A stretch of DNA of 54,635 nucleotides from an uncultured delta proteobacterium (GTDB lineage: Bacteria > Desulfobacterota > Binatia > Bin18): assembly GCA_963733195.1 (NCBI GenBank), contig CAVTCR010000042.1, positions 1 through 54,635 on the forward strand, in the 5' to 3' direction. A program made the translations under genes and the position numbers. Within the stretch, counting starts at the first letter, position 1; each line of letters starts with the position of its first letter. The notes under the pieces were generated by a model. That model searched no databases, was not told the DNA's origin, and saw only the letters and a program-made list of their open reading frames with translations. Shown here one piece after another: positions 32,013-43,062 of this stretch.

Positions 32013-32296
32013 CAGTTGGCTCTTTCTGTTCTCAGCCTCTCCTCGGTGTTCTCCCGCAGCTCCCGTTCAATCTCCTCTTGGTGATCATAATAATAAGACA
32101 GCGCATCATAAACCTGGGCTAGTGTCAGGTTGGAGAATTCCTTCAGGAGTTCCTCAGGGGAAAGCCCTTGCTTGAGCACGTAGCTGACGACAGAGCGTAC
32201 GGGAAACTTTGTTCCCTTGATGATAGGACTCCCTCCACAATAGTCTTTGCGAGAGACAACATAGGGATGTGTCGATTTCGCGACTGCTCCTGCCAT
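32012..32296 (-). CDS. DUF433 antitoxin
   Basis: CGGSPIIKGTKFPV, SPEEL, LTLAQVYDALSYYYDH. TGATG coupling to the toxin. Confidence 0.9.
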   Translation of the reverse strand: MAGAVAKSTHPYVVSRKDYCGGSPIIKGTKFPVRSVVSYVLKQGLSPEELLKEFSNLTLAQVYDALSYYYDHQEEIERELRENTEERLRTERAN

Positions 32297-32446
32297 AGTA
32301 AGGTCCTCCAGACCCTACCTTATACCACTCGGGACGAAACGGTCACTCTCATTTTGCCTTTGCTTCTCCCGTCTCTCAAGAACGCCTTTCATCACCCTCA
32401 TCCTTTCTGGTAAAGTGCCGCCAGGTTTACCAAAGGAGGCCCACGC

Positions 32447-33409
32447 ATGAGCGGCGTCAAAATTGGTATCGGTTTCGGTCTGTGGCGGTTGGGCATGCCT
32501 AGCCCGACAACTATCTGCGATTATGCTGAACGAGCAGAAGCGGTTGGCATCGATTCGATCTGGCTTTCTGACCATATCGTTTCGCGAATTCCGGACTTGG
32601 ATATCACGTGTATTATGGCCATGTTCGCCGCCCGCACGAAGAAGATCAAAATGGGGCCGAGTGTACTCACTCTACCGGCACGAGACCCCGTGCAAGTCGC
32701 GAAGACCTATGCAACACTCGATTATCTTACCGGTAGTTGTAACCGTGTGATCATGGCAGTCGGCCTTGGTAGTGATCCTCGAGACAGCATTGCCTGCGGT
32801 ATCAATCCCGACGAGCGCGCCAAGCGTATGGAAGAAGGGGTACAAGTCCTGCGTAAGCTGTGGGCTGGTCCCAATGTGACGCATGAAGGAAAGTTTTACA
32901 AATTCACCAATGTGACTATTGAACCACGTCCTGCGAAAGGATCACTTGATGTGTGGATCGGCGGTAACTCTGATCTGGCGATCAAGCGTACGGCTCGCTA
33001 TGGCGACGGCTGGTTTCCGTCGTTTGTCACACCACAAGATTTTCAGTCGGGGTTAGCGAAACTCATGGAGTATGGTCGCCAATATGGCCGCGAAATGAAT
33101 CCGCGCGAGGCTGGCGTGCTGATCTTCACCCACATTAGTGACAACAAGGCCAGAGCCCAAGAAATTACCCAGCAGTTTTTCAAAGGATTTGCGCTACCGG
33201 TGGAGTCTATGCCCGCTCGCTGCGCCATTGGCTCAGCCCAGGATTGCGTCGATAAGATTCGCTCCTATGTTGATGCGGGCTGTAGCAAATTCGTCCTGTG
33301 GCCGATTGTCCCGCCAGAAGATCTAGTATCACAGATTGAGACGTATGGACGGGAGGTTGTGCCTCAGTTTTTCATAACAGAAAAGCAAGATAGAGTCAAA
33401 GGGCAATAA
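32447..33409 (+). CDS. LLM-class flavin-dependent oxidoreductase
   Basis: AEAVGIDSIWLSDH, LPARDPVQVAK..ATLD, HEGKFY, VWIGGNS, ARYGDGW. Confidence 0.9.
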   Translation: MSGVKIGIGFGLWRLGMPSPTTICDYAERAEAVGIDSIWLSDHIVSRIPDLDITCIMAMFAARTKKIKMGPSVLTLPARDPVQVAKTYATLDYLTGSCNRVIMAVGLGSDPRDSIACGINPDERAKRMEEGVQVLRKLWAGPNVTHEGKFYKFTNVTIEPRPAKGSLDVWIGGNSDLAIKRTARYGDGWFPSFVTPQDFQSGLAKLMEYGRQYGREMNPREAGVLIFTHISDNKARAQEITQQFFKGFALPVESMPARCAIGSAQDCVDKIRSYVDAGCSKFVLWPIVPPEDLVSQIETYGREVVPQFFITEKQDRVKGQ

Positions 33410-33524
33410 GTCGAAAAATGAAGACTATCTTTGATGTGACGCTTTTGAACTTACAACTTGGACAATCGCGTTCAGCGTACGCTCAACTTTGAACACTGAA
33501 CCTTAACCTCGAATTATTTTTCGT

Positions 33525-34028
33525 ATGGACGTTTTAGAAGCTATTCGTTCGCGCCCGGCGATTCGCGACTTTCGCCCGGAAGCAATTCCTGAGGTGGTTA
33601 TCAAGAAGATTCTTGAAGCCGGTCGCCAAGCCCACTCACAACGCAACCGGCAGCCCTGGCGTTTCGTCGTGGTACAGAACCGTGACACAATTAAACAGAT
33701 CGGTGCCCTTGCCTCTTCCGGGCCGTACATTGCCAACGCACCTCTAGCAATTGCTGTCGCTATTGAGGGAGCAAAAAACCCGTACATCGATGCGACACGC
33801 GCAGTTGAGTGTCTCATGCTCGCAGCGTGGGCTGAAGGAGTCGGCTCCTGTTGGGTCGGTGGCATTGACCGTCCAAAAGTAAAAGAGCTATTGGGAATTC
33901 CTGAAGAAGCAGAACTGATCACTGTCATTCCTTTCGGTTATCCCACCGATGATGAAAAGAATCAGAAGAAAGTCAGAAAACGTTTGAGCAAAGTGGCATT
34001 CCGCGAAAAGTACGGACAACCATTCTAA
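33525..34028 (+). CDS. nitroreductase family protein
   Basis: IRSRPAIRDF, NRQPWRFVVV, GVGSCWVG, FGYP. Confidence 0.9.
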   Translation: MDVLEAIRSRPAIRDFRPEAIPEVVIKKILEAGRQAHSQRNRQPWRFVVVQNRDTIKQIGALASSGPYIANAPLAIAVAIEGAKNPYIDATRAVECLMLAAWAEGVGSCWVGGIDRPKVKELLGIPEEAELITVIPFGYPTDDEKNQKKVRKRLSKVAFREKYGQPF

Positions 34029-34103
34029 CTAGGGAGTTGGGATTTAGGAGTTGGGATTTCGGAAAACCAACCCCTAGCCCCCAGCCCCTAACCCCTTGTA
34101 TTT

Positions 34104-35708
34104 ATGGATCGCATTGAGAGTAAAATTCGCACCAACACTCCGGAGTTCCAGGCCAATGTCGAACACATGAAAGGCCTGGTGACGAAACTGAAAGAAGAAA
34201 TTGCCAAGGCCCGCCTCGGTGGTCCGGAAGAGTTCCGCAAACGTCACAAAGAGAGAGGAAAACTGCTTGCTCATGAGCGCATCGAAGCGTTGATCGATCC
34301 AGATACACCGTTTCTGGAACTTTCGCCGCTCGCCGCCTACGGTATGTATGACGATCCACCGTCAGCAGGAATCGTCACTGGCATTGGCGTTATTCATGGC
34401 CGTGAAGCGGTTATCATGACCAACGATGCCACAATCAAAGGTGGCAGCTATTACCCACTCACAGTGAAGAAGCATTTGCGGACCCAGGAAGTTGGACAAG
34501 AGAACCACCTGCCATGCGTGTACCTGGTGGACTCGGGTGGTGCCAACCTTCCCTATCAAGCCGACATCTTTCCTGATCGAGAACACTTCGGACGCATTTT
34601 TTTTAACGAAGCACGTATGTCAGCGATGGGTATTCCTCAAATTGCTGTCGTGCTTGGTTCTTGCACCGCCGGAGGTGCCTACATTCCCTCAATGGCAGAC
34701 GAAAGCATCATTGTCAGAGAACGAGGGACGATCTTCTTGGCTGGGCCACCGCTCGTGAAAGCTGCAACTGGTGAAGAAGTCACGGCAGAGGAACTCGGTG
34801 GTGGCGATGTCCACACTCGTCTGTCAGGCGTCTCCGACTATCTCGCCGATAATGATGAACATGCGCTCGATATTGCGCGGTCGATCTTTGCCAATCTCCC
34901 GCTGGCGCGCAAATTCCCATTAGGCCGCGAAGAACCTGAAGATCCGGCCTACGACCCGACAGAATTGTACGGCATCATTCCGCGCGACACGCGCGTGCCC
35001 TACGATGTCCACGAACTCATTGCCAGAATTGTCGATGGCAGTCGGTTTCACGAGTTCAAAGCACGCTACGGTCCGACCCTTGTCACCGGCTTTGCCCGTA
35101 TTCATGGCTATCTGGTAGGTATTGTCGCCAATAACGGCGTGTTATTCTCCGAATCAGCGCTGAAAGGCACGCATTTCATCGAACTGTGTAGTCAGAGAAA
35201 GATTCCACTCATCTTTCTGCAGAACATTACTGGCTTCATGGTGGGAAAAAAGTACGAACAAGGTGGAATTGCTAAAGATGGCGCAAAGATGGTGCACGCG
35301 GTAGCCAATGCGCAAGTCCCTAAATTCACGGTGATCATCGGCTCATCCAACGGTGCTGGTAATTACGGTATGTGTGGCCGCTCGTATTCGCCACGCCTGC
35401 TGTTCATGTGGCCGAATTCACGGATCTCGGTGATGGGCGGTGAGCAGGCTGCTGGAGTATTGCTCACAGTCAAGCTTCAACAATTGAAGGACCGCGGCCA
35501 AAGCATGACACCGGAAGAACAAAAAGCGTTTATGGCACCGACCCTGGCAAAGTATGAAGAAGAAGGGAGCCCATACTACTCCACAGCGCGACTATGGGAC
35601 GATGGGATTCTCGACCCGTGCGAGACTCGTAACGTCCTGGGCCTCGGCATTGCCATGTCACTCAATGCGCCTATTCCGGATCACAAGGTCGGGGTGTTCC
35701 GTATGTGA
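34104..35708 (+). CDS. mccB: methylcrotonyl-CoA carboxylase beta (carboxyltransferase) subunit
   Basis: [56 protein letters not shown]. Confidence 0.9.
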   Translation: MDRIESKIRTNTPEFQANVEHMKGLVTKLKEEIAKARLGGPEEFRKRHKERGKLLAHERIEALIDPDTPFLELSPLAAYGMYDDPPSAGIVTGIGVIHGREAVIMTNDATIKGGSYYPLTVKKHLRTQEVGQENHLPCVYLVDSGGANLPYQADIFPDREHFGRIFFNEARMSAMGIPQIAVVLGSCTAGGAYIPSMADESIIVRERGTIFLAGPPLVKAATGEEVTAEELGGGDVHTRLSGVSDYLADNDEHALDIARSIFANLPLARKFPLGREEPEDPAYDPTELYGIIPRDTRVPYDVHELIARIVDGSRFHEFKARYGPTLVTGFARIHGYLVGIVANNGVLFSESALKGTHFIELCSQRKIPLIFLQNITGFMVGKKYEQGGIAKDGAKMVHAVANAQVPKFTVIIGSSNGAGNYGMCGRSYSPRLLFMWPNSRISVMGGEQAAGVLLTVKLQQLKDRGQSMTPEEQKAFMAPTLAKYEEEGSPYYSTARLWDDGILDPCETRNVLGLGIAMSLNAPIPDHKVGVFRM

Positions 35709-35781
35709 CCGCCCTAGTTCCAGTATTCGCTTGCGCTCGCTATACAGATAGACACTTTTACGCGGAGGAAAAGGATCGTCC

Positions 35782-36417
35782 ATGAATAACAAACGAGGAG
35801 GACAGGAACGTCCTCGTAACGGTAAGGTGGTCGCACTTAAGAAGCCTGTCGAAATACCGAACGGGGTTGAGGAGAATGTCCGACGGATTCTTGAGTACAT
35901 CGGCGAGGACCCAGACCGCGAAGGATTAGCCAAAACTCCCGCTCGGGTAGCACGAGCATATGCCTATCTGACCAAAGGGTACGCCGAAGACCCCAAAGCG
36001 GTCATCAATCAAGCAATGTTCACCGAAGACTATCAAGAGATGGTCCTTGTCAAAGACATCGATTTTTTCTCTCTGTGTGAACACCATCTGCTGCCGTTTT
36101 ATGGCCGCGCTCATGTTGCGTATCTTCCCAAGCATCGCATTGTCGGCCTCAGCAAGGTTGCCCGCTTAGTAGACGTGTTCTCTCGTCGATTACAGGTGCA
36201 AGAACGCTTAACAACACAGCTCGCCAACACGGTGATGGAGGAGTTGGACCCTCGCGGCGTTGGCGTCATCGTGCGGGCTGAACACTTGTGCATGCGAATG
36301 CGCGGCGTTGAGAAACAAAATTCGGTCGTCACGACAAGTGCGATGCTCGGCGCCTTTCGTAGTAATCAAGCGACACGCGAAGAATTTATCACCTTGGTCA
36401 ACGGCGCTCACCGTTGA
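35782..36417 (+). CDS. folE: GTP cyclohydrolase I
   Basis: [48 protein letters not shown]. Confidence 0.96.
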   Translation: MNNKRGGQERPRNGKVVALKKPVEIPNGVEENVRRILEYIGEDPDREGLAKTPARVARAYAYLTKGYAEDPKAVINQAMFTEDYQEMVLVKDIDFFSLCEHHLLPFYGRAHVAYLPKHRIVGLSKVARLVDVFSRRLQVQERLTTQLANTVMEELDPRGVGVIVRAEHLCMRMRGVEKQNSVVTTSAMLGAFRSNQATREEFITLVNGAHR

Positions 36418-37886
36418 GGAATATACTCTTGGGCAAACAGTCCAATGGCGTGGTCAAGTGCCAACAGAGCGACTTGATAGGCATAGGTTTGATCAATCAG
36501 TTGCGTGCGCACTTGGGTTAGCGTGTTCAGGGCAGTGTTGACATCGAGGCTTGTCGCCAAGCCGACGCCATACTGTTTTGAAGTAATGCTATGGTTTTCT
36601 TGCGCCAGCGACACTTCTTTTTTCAGCGTTGCCAGCGTTGCCTCTAGCGTTTCGACAGCGAGAAGCGTCCTCCGGACTTCAATCTCGACGTTCTTCTTGA
36701 GTAGGGAGAGTTGCAGCTCCGCTTGAGCAAGATTTTCATTCTGCTCTTGGAGATCTAACTCACGGACGCCGCCGTCAAACAATGGCATCTGAAAATTGAG
36801 CGTCAGCACCCAGAATTCGTCGCGATTGGCAAATGTCGGTGTATCAAGGCGAGGATAGTTCCATTGCGTGTTAATGCTCGGGAAATAGCGCGCGAGGATT
36901 TGGTTCTTTCGCTCCCGTGCAACCTCGATTGCGGCCGCTTGAGCGCGAAGATCCTGACGATGCGTGAGTGCTTCCTCGACAAGGCGTTCATACCGCTCGC
37001 CTCGAGAGGTTAGCGGCGTTGGCTCAACGACACGAACGAGTCCCGACACTCCAACTACTCGCGCCAGGGTCGCACGTGCAAGCTGTAGCACATTCTGATT
37101 CGCGACCACGGTGCGTTCAGAGCGAGCAACTTCAACTTCGGCACGTAAGACATCCGTCTTCGTCACTTCACCAACGCGAAAGCGGGCCGCGGCCTGTTTC
37201 AGTTCATCTTTAGTTAGTCGCAACGTATCATCAGCGACGCGGACTTGCCCACGAGATCGCAAGACATCGTAATACGCACGAGCTACTCCAAAGAGGACTT
37301 CACGAATAGTGAATCCGTATTGTTGCGTCGTCTGTTTGACTGCTTCTTTTCCCAGTCGCAAAGTCGGCAAAAACGACGGCTGAAAAATCGGCTGGGTGAC
37401 GATGAAATTTCCTTGCCAGCTTTCGAGTGGTCGGATGACTGACGGCGTACCAGTTTGTCCGGGTAAGGTCTGCTGTTGAGTAAAGGAGATCTGCTCCTTG
37501 TTGCGTGTGAAGGTGCCAGGGATCTCTACCCGTGGAGTGAGGAGTGTAACGGCCCGCCAAGGGAGGAGTTGAGCCTTCGTCAGCTCATGCTCGGCGATTT
37601 TCACTTGTTCTTCGTTACCCAGTGCCAAACGATAGGATTCCTCTAGCGTCAGGACCTGATCTCCGCTCTCATCACTTGTAGTGGCGGTCGACTCGAGTAC
37701 TTGCACAGGAATTTTTTCGACGGGGTCCGCGGCAAAGGAGAAAGACAGTCCGCATATCACGCCCAGCATCAAGAGGAACGACACTCCCCACCATACCCGT
37801 TGCCATGTTCGCGTACGTGCAGCAAAGAAATCGAAACAATCAAACCTCAACAGCAATCGTCCCTTATAGGGACACGTTTCATGCAT
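36408..37886 (-). CDS. TolC-family outer membrane efflux protein (start may be further downstream)
   Basis: [53 protein letters not shown]. Confidence 0.9.
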   Translation of the reverse strand: MHETCPYKGRLLLRFDCFDFFAARTRTWQRVWWGVSFLLMLGVICGLSFSFAADPVEKIPVQVLESTATTSDESGDQVLTLEESYRLALGNEEQVKIAEHELTKAQLLPWRAVTLLTPRVEIPGTFTRNKEQISFTQQQTLPGQTGTPSVIRPLESWQGNFIVTQPIFQPSFLPTLRLGKEAVKQTTQQYGFTIREVLFGVARAYYDVLRSRGQVRVADDTLRLTKDELKQAAARFRVGEVTKTDVLRAEVEVARSERTVVANQNVLQLARATLARVVGVSGLVRVVEPTPLTSRGERYERLVEEALTHRQDLRAQAAAIEVARERKNQILARYFPSINTQWNYPRLDTPTFANRDEFWVLTLNFQMPLFDGGVRELDLQEQNENLAQAELQLSLLKKNVEIEVRRTLLAVETLEATLATLKKEVSLAQENHSITSKQYGVGLATSLDVNTALNTLTQVRTQLIDQTYAYQVALLALDHAIGLFAQEYIPQR

Positions 37887-37936
37887 GCGTGTGTTCCTCC
37901 GAAATCACTTGCTTGTGAATGGCAGAAAGATGGACG

Positions 37937-38326
37937 TGAGAGAAGATCGGTAAGCCGGATTCTGTTTCTCTTCGTAACAGGAAGAGACAACGGTCATTCA
38001 TCTAGGCATACCGTTGCTGGCATGCTCAAGCGACCGAACCCGGAGGGGAAAGCGGGGCAGCTTTTGCCTCTGGTCAGGCTCCCTCCTGTTTGATCTTGCT
38101 CCGGGTGGGGTTTACCCAACATCCTTTGTCTCCAAAGAATCTGGTGAGCTCTTACCTCACCTTTTCACCCTTACTTGAGGGGCAGGCAAAGCCTACCTCT
38201 CAAGTGGTCTCTTTTCTGTGGCACTTTCCCCGCCTCGCAGCGAGCTGCCGTTAACAGCCACCCTGCCCCGTGGAGTCCGGACTTTCCTCGTACCGTTGCG
38301 GTACGCGACCGTTTAATCTTCTCTCA
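37937..38326 (-). ncRNA. rnpB: RNase P RNA (type A)
   Basis: The minus strand has GAGGAAAGTCCGG near the 5' end and ACAGAATCCGGCTTA near the 3' end. Terminal P1 helix gagagaagat/atcttctctc. Confidence 0.95.
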
Positions 38327-38334
38327 CATCGTAT

Positions 38335-39078
38335 TTAGACGTCTGACTCTCCTTCTGCAGTTGGTCGCCAGTGGAGGATCCGCCCACAGTGCGGGCAGTG
38401 AAAAATCGTATGCGCGTTCACTTGGACACTGCTGCGAATCTGGTTACTCATGTGGGGAGGAATCCGCATGTAACAGCCTTGACAGGTATCAGAACGGATC
38501 TCGACTACGACAATGCCTCCACGCTTGGCAAAAATACGTTCATAGCGTGCACAGAGGTCGGCATCGATATCCCGAGCAAATCTCTCTCGCTCGTTACGCT
38601 CCTGTTGCACTTCACTTTCGAGGCTAGCGATTTGCGTCTCGACGCGACCTGCCTCCGCCGCCATTTTCCCTTTGAGTGCTTCAATTTCAGTCTGCGTCTG
38701 CACCAAGCGCGTCTTCTCTTGCTCAATCTGCTCCAGTAAGCGGATACCGTCTTCCTCGATCTTTTCGTTCGCTTCTTTCATCAACTCAACCTCATGACGC
38801 ACGGCCATGAGTTCCCGTTCGTTGCGAATGCGATTTTGTCGAACGCGCTTTTCTTTGATCTTTCCTTCTTCTTCTTTGAGTTGTAGCTCAGTTGCAAGCT
38901 GGCGGGATTCGAGTTCGTTGAGGCGGAGTCTTTGGGCTTCAGCCTCTTGTTGTTTCGTCTCCACGGCACTGGCACTAGCGGAAATCTGCTGTCGGAGCTC
39001 TTGGAGAGTGGATTCTTTCTGACGTAATCGTTGGTCAACTTCTTGCAGAGCTGCTAGCAGGTCGATCGGTGTGGACAA
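38335..39078 (-). CDS. coiled-coil C4 zinc-ribbon protein (DUF164/HP0958-like)
   Basis: LQEVD N-terminus, long coiled coil, CQGCYM and CPHCGRIL. Typical neighbour of rnpB. Confidence 0.9.
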   Translation of the reverse strand: MSTPIDLLAALQEVDQRLRQKESTLQELRQQISASASAVETKQQEAEAQRLRLNELESRQLATELQLKEEEGKIKEKRVRQNRIRNERELMAVRHEVELMKEANEKIEEDGIRLLEQIEQEKTRLVQTQTEIEALKGKMAAEAGRVETQIASLESEVQQERNERERFARDIDADLCARYERIFAKRGGIVVVEIRSDTCQGCYMRIPPHMSNQIRSSVQVNAHTIFHCPHCGRILHWRPTAEGESDV

Positions 39079-39139
39079 CGAAGACCTCCTTTCGTCCTCT
39101 GGGCTCGGGTCACAGGCGATGTAACACTTCTATCACGGA

Positions 39140-39212
39140 TGGGCCCACCAGGATTCGAACCTGGGACCAGCCGGTTATGAGCCGGCAGCTCTAACCGCTG
39201 AGCTATGGGCCC
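39140..39212 (-). tRNA. tRNA with CAT anticodon, most likely tRNA-Ile2 (CCA not encoded)
   Basis: GGGCCCATAGCTCAGCGGTTAGAGCTGCCGGCTCATAACCGGCTGGTCCCAGGTTCGAATCCTGGTGGGCCCA folds as a cloverleaf. Confidence 0.93.
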
Positions 39213-39261
39213 CTAAGTTATTCTCGAAAGCGATTTATATATCATAGCATTGCACTTTTTT

Positions 39262-41052
39262 CTATTCCTGCCCACCGCGTCGCTGTAAGTGCTGCAGCCG
39301 GGCACGCAACTCCTCCTCGTTCCCGGTCCGTTCAGCTTCCCGTAGCTCTAGCCGTAGCTGGTCACGCTCAGCACGCTGCTGAACATTGCGAATCTTAGCA
39401 ATACAATCGATCAGCATTTGCTGGCGCTCCGCCATTTCACCATCATTTGTTGCGGTTGCATACAGTCGCGTCACGCGATCAGCGACACCTTTCGGTAACC
39501 GGCCGAGAAAATCGCCGAGATCAAGAGTGTTACTGTTTTGCCACGCAGACACAATTTCGGTTGCGATATGCGCCCATTGCTGAAATGTGGGGATAATTCC
39601 TTCTTGGGCAACGTGGAGGGCAGCGTGACGATCCACCAACATCAGTTGTAGCAATTCGGTTTCCGCGGTAACGAGCGCATTCTGTGGTTCTCGTCGCGCT
39701 GGAGCCGACGGACCTCGGGGACCTACAGAACGAGTGGGTTCTTGCGTTGTCGCTGTTCGTCGCAACTCTTCTTCACTGACCCCGAACCGCTGGGCAATCT
39801 GCGTTAACAGTGCTCCGCGAGCAACAACATCAGTCATCGACTTCAATATCGCCATCGCTTCGCGGGCGGCTTGGGCGCGCTGGAACGCAGTCGCTCCGGG
39901 CGTCGGCGCATGACGAGCGAAGTAGAAATCCTCTAAGGGCTCGGCATGCTCGATCAGTTCACGAAGCTTATCCTTGCCGTATTTTCGTACGAAGGTATCT
40001 GGGTCTTCCCCTTGGGGCAGAAATACACCACGCCCATGCAGTTCGGCCTCAACACACAGTGGGAACGCTCGCGTTGCTGCCTTTCTCCCAGCCTCGTCTC
40101 CATCAAAGAAGAGATAGACCTCAGGCACAAAATTATGCAGCGCTTTCAGTTGTGCAGATCCAAGAGCAGTTCCGGACACGGCCACGGTTTCCTCTTGCCC
40201 ACTTTGCACAAGTGCGAGAAGGTCAATATAGCCTTCAACTAGAATCGCTCGGCTATTCTTCTTCATCGCGTCCTTGGCCTGGGAAAGACCATAGAGCAAC
40301 GTACTTTTTTTGTAGATTTCCGATTCCGGAGAATTGAGATACTTGGGCAATGTCCGCGTCGGCCTATTAGTGGTCGTCTGCTCTTGTGCCATTGGCAACA
40401 ACCGCCCACCAAAACCAACGATCCGACCAACGATGTCGGTGATCGGAAACATCAAACGATAGCGGAACTTATCGTAGAACCTGCCGTCGTCCCATTTGCC
40501 AATCAGTCCGAGGCTCGCGGCCTTGTCCAACGGAGCCTGCTGCATGGTGAGAAAACGAACAAGGCCTTCATTCCCAGAGGGAGCAAATCCGAGGCGGAAC
40601 CGCTCAGCGATCTCTTTCCCTAAACCGCGCTCTTCCAAATAGCGACGGGCAGTCTCGCCAACATTTCCCCACAGACAGCGCTGGAAGTAGGTAGCAGCGA
40701 TATCGTTGATTCGATAGAGTTGTGCACGTTCCTGCGCTTGGGGGTCACGTTCGGCTTGAGGCAAAGCAACACCTGCTTTGGCCGCCAAGCGGCGCACAGC
40801 TTCGGGAAAAGTAATTCCCTCAACTCGAGAGAGAAAGGTGAACGCATTGCCACCTGCGCCACAACCGAAGCAATGATAGAAACCACCTTCTTCGTTAACA
40901 CTGAAGGAAGGGGTTTTCTCACCGTGAAACGGGCAGAGTCCGGTGTAGTTTCTCCCAGCTTTGCGTAAGGCAATATGGGCAGAAATGATCTCGACGATGC
41001 TGACCCGAGCACGAATCTCGGCCAGCGTTGCTTCTGGAATCCGTTCGGCCAT
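39262..41052 (-). CDS. dnaG: DNA primase
   Basis: CPFHGEKTPSF...CFGC zinc finger, FGGR, KYLNSPE, LVEGYID, FDGDEAG, DPD. Confidence 0.97.
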   Translation of the reverse strand: MAERIPEATLAEIRARVSIVEIISAHIALRKAGRNYTGLCPFHGEKTPSFSVNEEGGFYHCFGCGAGGNAFTFLSRVEGITFPEAVRRLAAKAGVALPQAERDPQAQERAQLYRINDIAATYFQRCLWGNVGETARRYLEERGLGKEIAERFRLGFAPSGNEGLVRFLTMQQAPLDKAASLGLIGKWDDGRFYDKFRYRLMFPITDIVGRIVGFGGRLLPMAQEQTTTNRPTRTLPKYLNSPESEIYKKSTLLYGLSQAKDAMKKNSRAILVEGYIDLLALVQSGQEETVAVSGTALGSAQLKALHNFVPEVYLFFDGDEAGRKAATRAFPLCVEAELHGRGVFLPQGEDPDTFVRKYGKDKLRELIEHAEPLEDFYFARHAPTPGATAFQRAQAAREAMAILKSMTDVVARGALLTQIAQRFGVSEEELRRTATTQEPTRSVGPRGPSAPARREPQNALVTAETELLQLMLVDRHAALHVAQEGIIPTFQQWAHIATEIVSAWQNSNTLDLGDFLGRLPKGVADRVTRLYATATNDGEMAERQQMLIDCIAKIRNVQQRAERDQLRLELREAERTGNEEELRARLQHLQRRGGQE

Positions 41053-41951
41053 AGCAATCAGACAATCTGCAGCACGCAGCTATTATCTATGCCGCGAATC
41101 CACCGGAGCGTCTATCCCGCTCGGGTGCAATAACGTAGAGACGCATAATGACATCATATACGTATAGCAAGGATCTGCGTATGTTTAGTCGCCCATGAAG
41201 CACATACGTTAGCCAGCTCACCACGAGCCAGCCTCACTTCTTTGACAGAACTGACACAGCCCTGGACAGGCCCGAGCGACGGAACTGTCAGCCCAGCTCG
41301 CCTGCCCGTTACCAGGGCTAACATTTGCCCGCTTTTCCCTTGTCCTCTCGGAGACCTTTTGTCATTTCTATCACACGGACACGACCATGTTTCTGGCTCA
41401 TTTCTTGCCCGCTCCTAGGACCCAAGGAGCACACACGGCCGAAAACTCTATCATTTGATGGATTGAAAATTTCTTCTCCTCCGCTACCGATTAGTAACTC
41501 ACAGTGTAGTCCTGATGCAACTCAGTATGTGACAAAGACAGTTGGAGAGTATCAGCGAGGAATTCAACGAACTCGGTCACAGAATGTAGACTGCTGTGGC
41601 CAGCGTCTCTCGTACTGAGCTCGTCTTTATCCAATCTGACGATGGACTGAGGAAGCAGAAACTCCTGAGGGCGCGAGCAGTCAACATGCTTTTAGCCTTC
41701 CCTATTGCGTGGCGCCATCCAGAAAACTGGTGCATCCGCGAAAATGCAGGAGAGAACTGCCAGCGTCTAACCTCCAAAAATGGATAAAGTCGAGCGAGCA
41801 GCTGTTGAAAAACTCTCCCGTCTATCAGTTTTAAACACCAGAAAAGAAATCCCCGAGTCGCAAATCGCAGAACAATCAGGAGCTAAATCTGTTCTCAAGA
41901 GCTTGGATGCCATGAGCAATTCTGTCTCTTTCAGGGTCTTTCGACGACCTT

Positions 41952-42539
41952 TCAGAACCGAAACGGCCCTTCGCAGATCGTCTCTTCAAGCTTGCGACGA
42001 CCGTTCGGCACTTCGCGCTTCTGCAGCTCTTCCGGTAATGTCTCTTTCTTCCCTGGCTTGCCTACGGCTGCCATCGCCTCGACTCGGAACCCGTCCGGGA
42101 TGCCTAATGTTACCTTCGCGCGCTCATAGTCGAACCCTTGCATTCCATGCGCAACGTACCCTTTCAACGCTGCTTGCAAGGCCAGGTTTTCCCAGGCCGC
42201 ACCGGCATCAAACGAGTGCGTGATCGACGGTTTACCATTAAGGTCGAGCGTCGTTTTCGAGATAAAAAGCAACAGTACACCCGCATTGCGAGCCCACACT
42301 TTGTTCACATCCACGAGCAGGTCAAAGAACAGCGACCAATGCTTGCTACCACGGTGGGCGTAAAGGATACGCCAGGGCTGGTTATTGTACGACGACGGCG
42401 CCCACCGTGCCGCTTCGAACAGCACCAGTAGGTCTGCTTGCGCGACCTCTTCGCCTGACATTGCACGTGGCGACCATCGGTCGACAAAGAGATTATCAAC
42501 TGCATGGTCGGCTTGTCGGTTCTCGCTTCCTTTGATCAT
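41952..42539 (-). CDS. nitroreductase family protein
   Basis: RWSPRAM, EAARWAPSSYNNQPW, HSFDAGAAW, HGMQGFD. Confidence 0.92.
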   Translation of the reverse strand: MIKGSENRQADHAVDNLFVDRWSPRAMSGEEVAQADLLVLFEAARWAPSSYNNQPWRILYAHRGSKHWSLFFDLLVDVNKVWARNAGVLLLFISKTTLDLNGKPSITHSFDAGAAWENLALQAALKGYVAHGMQGFDYERAKVTLGIPDGFRVEAMAAVGKPGKKETLPEELQKREVPNGRRKLEETICEGPFRF

Positions 42540-42705
42540 CTTGATCTCCTTTTTGATGGGTGAACGAGTTGTAGGGGCAGAGCCCGATCATTGGTCACAG
42601 CCTGAGAGAAAAGGAAGTCCTCTCATTCGTAAAAACAATCGTCAGAGTGAGGAAAAGAGGGGCATATCGAAGGTGCCTGAGGCAGGCACCTCGCATTGCA
42701 GTAGG

Positions 42706-42903
42706 TTAGTAAAATGAGCGACTGGCGCGGCGCAACGCTCGTTTGCGAGCGGCGATGGCTTTGCGTTTGCGGCGGACACTCGGTTTCTCGTAGTGTTCGC
42801 GCTTTTTCAGTTCTTGAAGAATTCCAGCCTTTTCACATTGCTTTTTAAAGCGACGGATCGCACTTTCGATCGGTTCGTTATCCTTAACACGGACTCCTGC
42901 CAT
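42706..42903 (-). CDS. rpsU: 30S ribosomal protein S21
   Basis: [22 protein letters not shown]...[12 protein letters not shown]. Confidence 0.97.
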   Translation of the reverse strand: MAGVRVKDNEPIESAIRRFKKQCEKAGILQELKKREHYEKPSVRRKRKAIAARKRALRRASRSFY

Positions 42904-43062
42904 GTAACCTTCACCCCCTCCCGGGCAGGCATTGACCTTCGGGTGGTCATTGCGTCAACTTAGAGATTTCCCGGTGAAAGTCAAGGCGCGAAAAGACCAC
43001 CGCTTGACAGCACACAGCCCCCTGGGTAAGGAAACTCGATAGTGGTGGAAGGAGAATAATGC

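Noticed and set aside
39140-39212. tRNA as attachment site of an integrated island
   Set aside because: No duplicated tRNA 3' end and no integrase found; the flanks are core genes.
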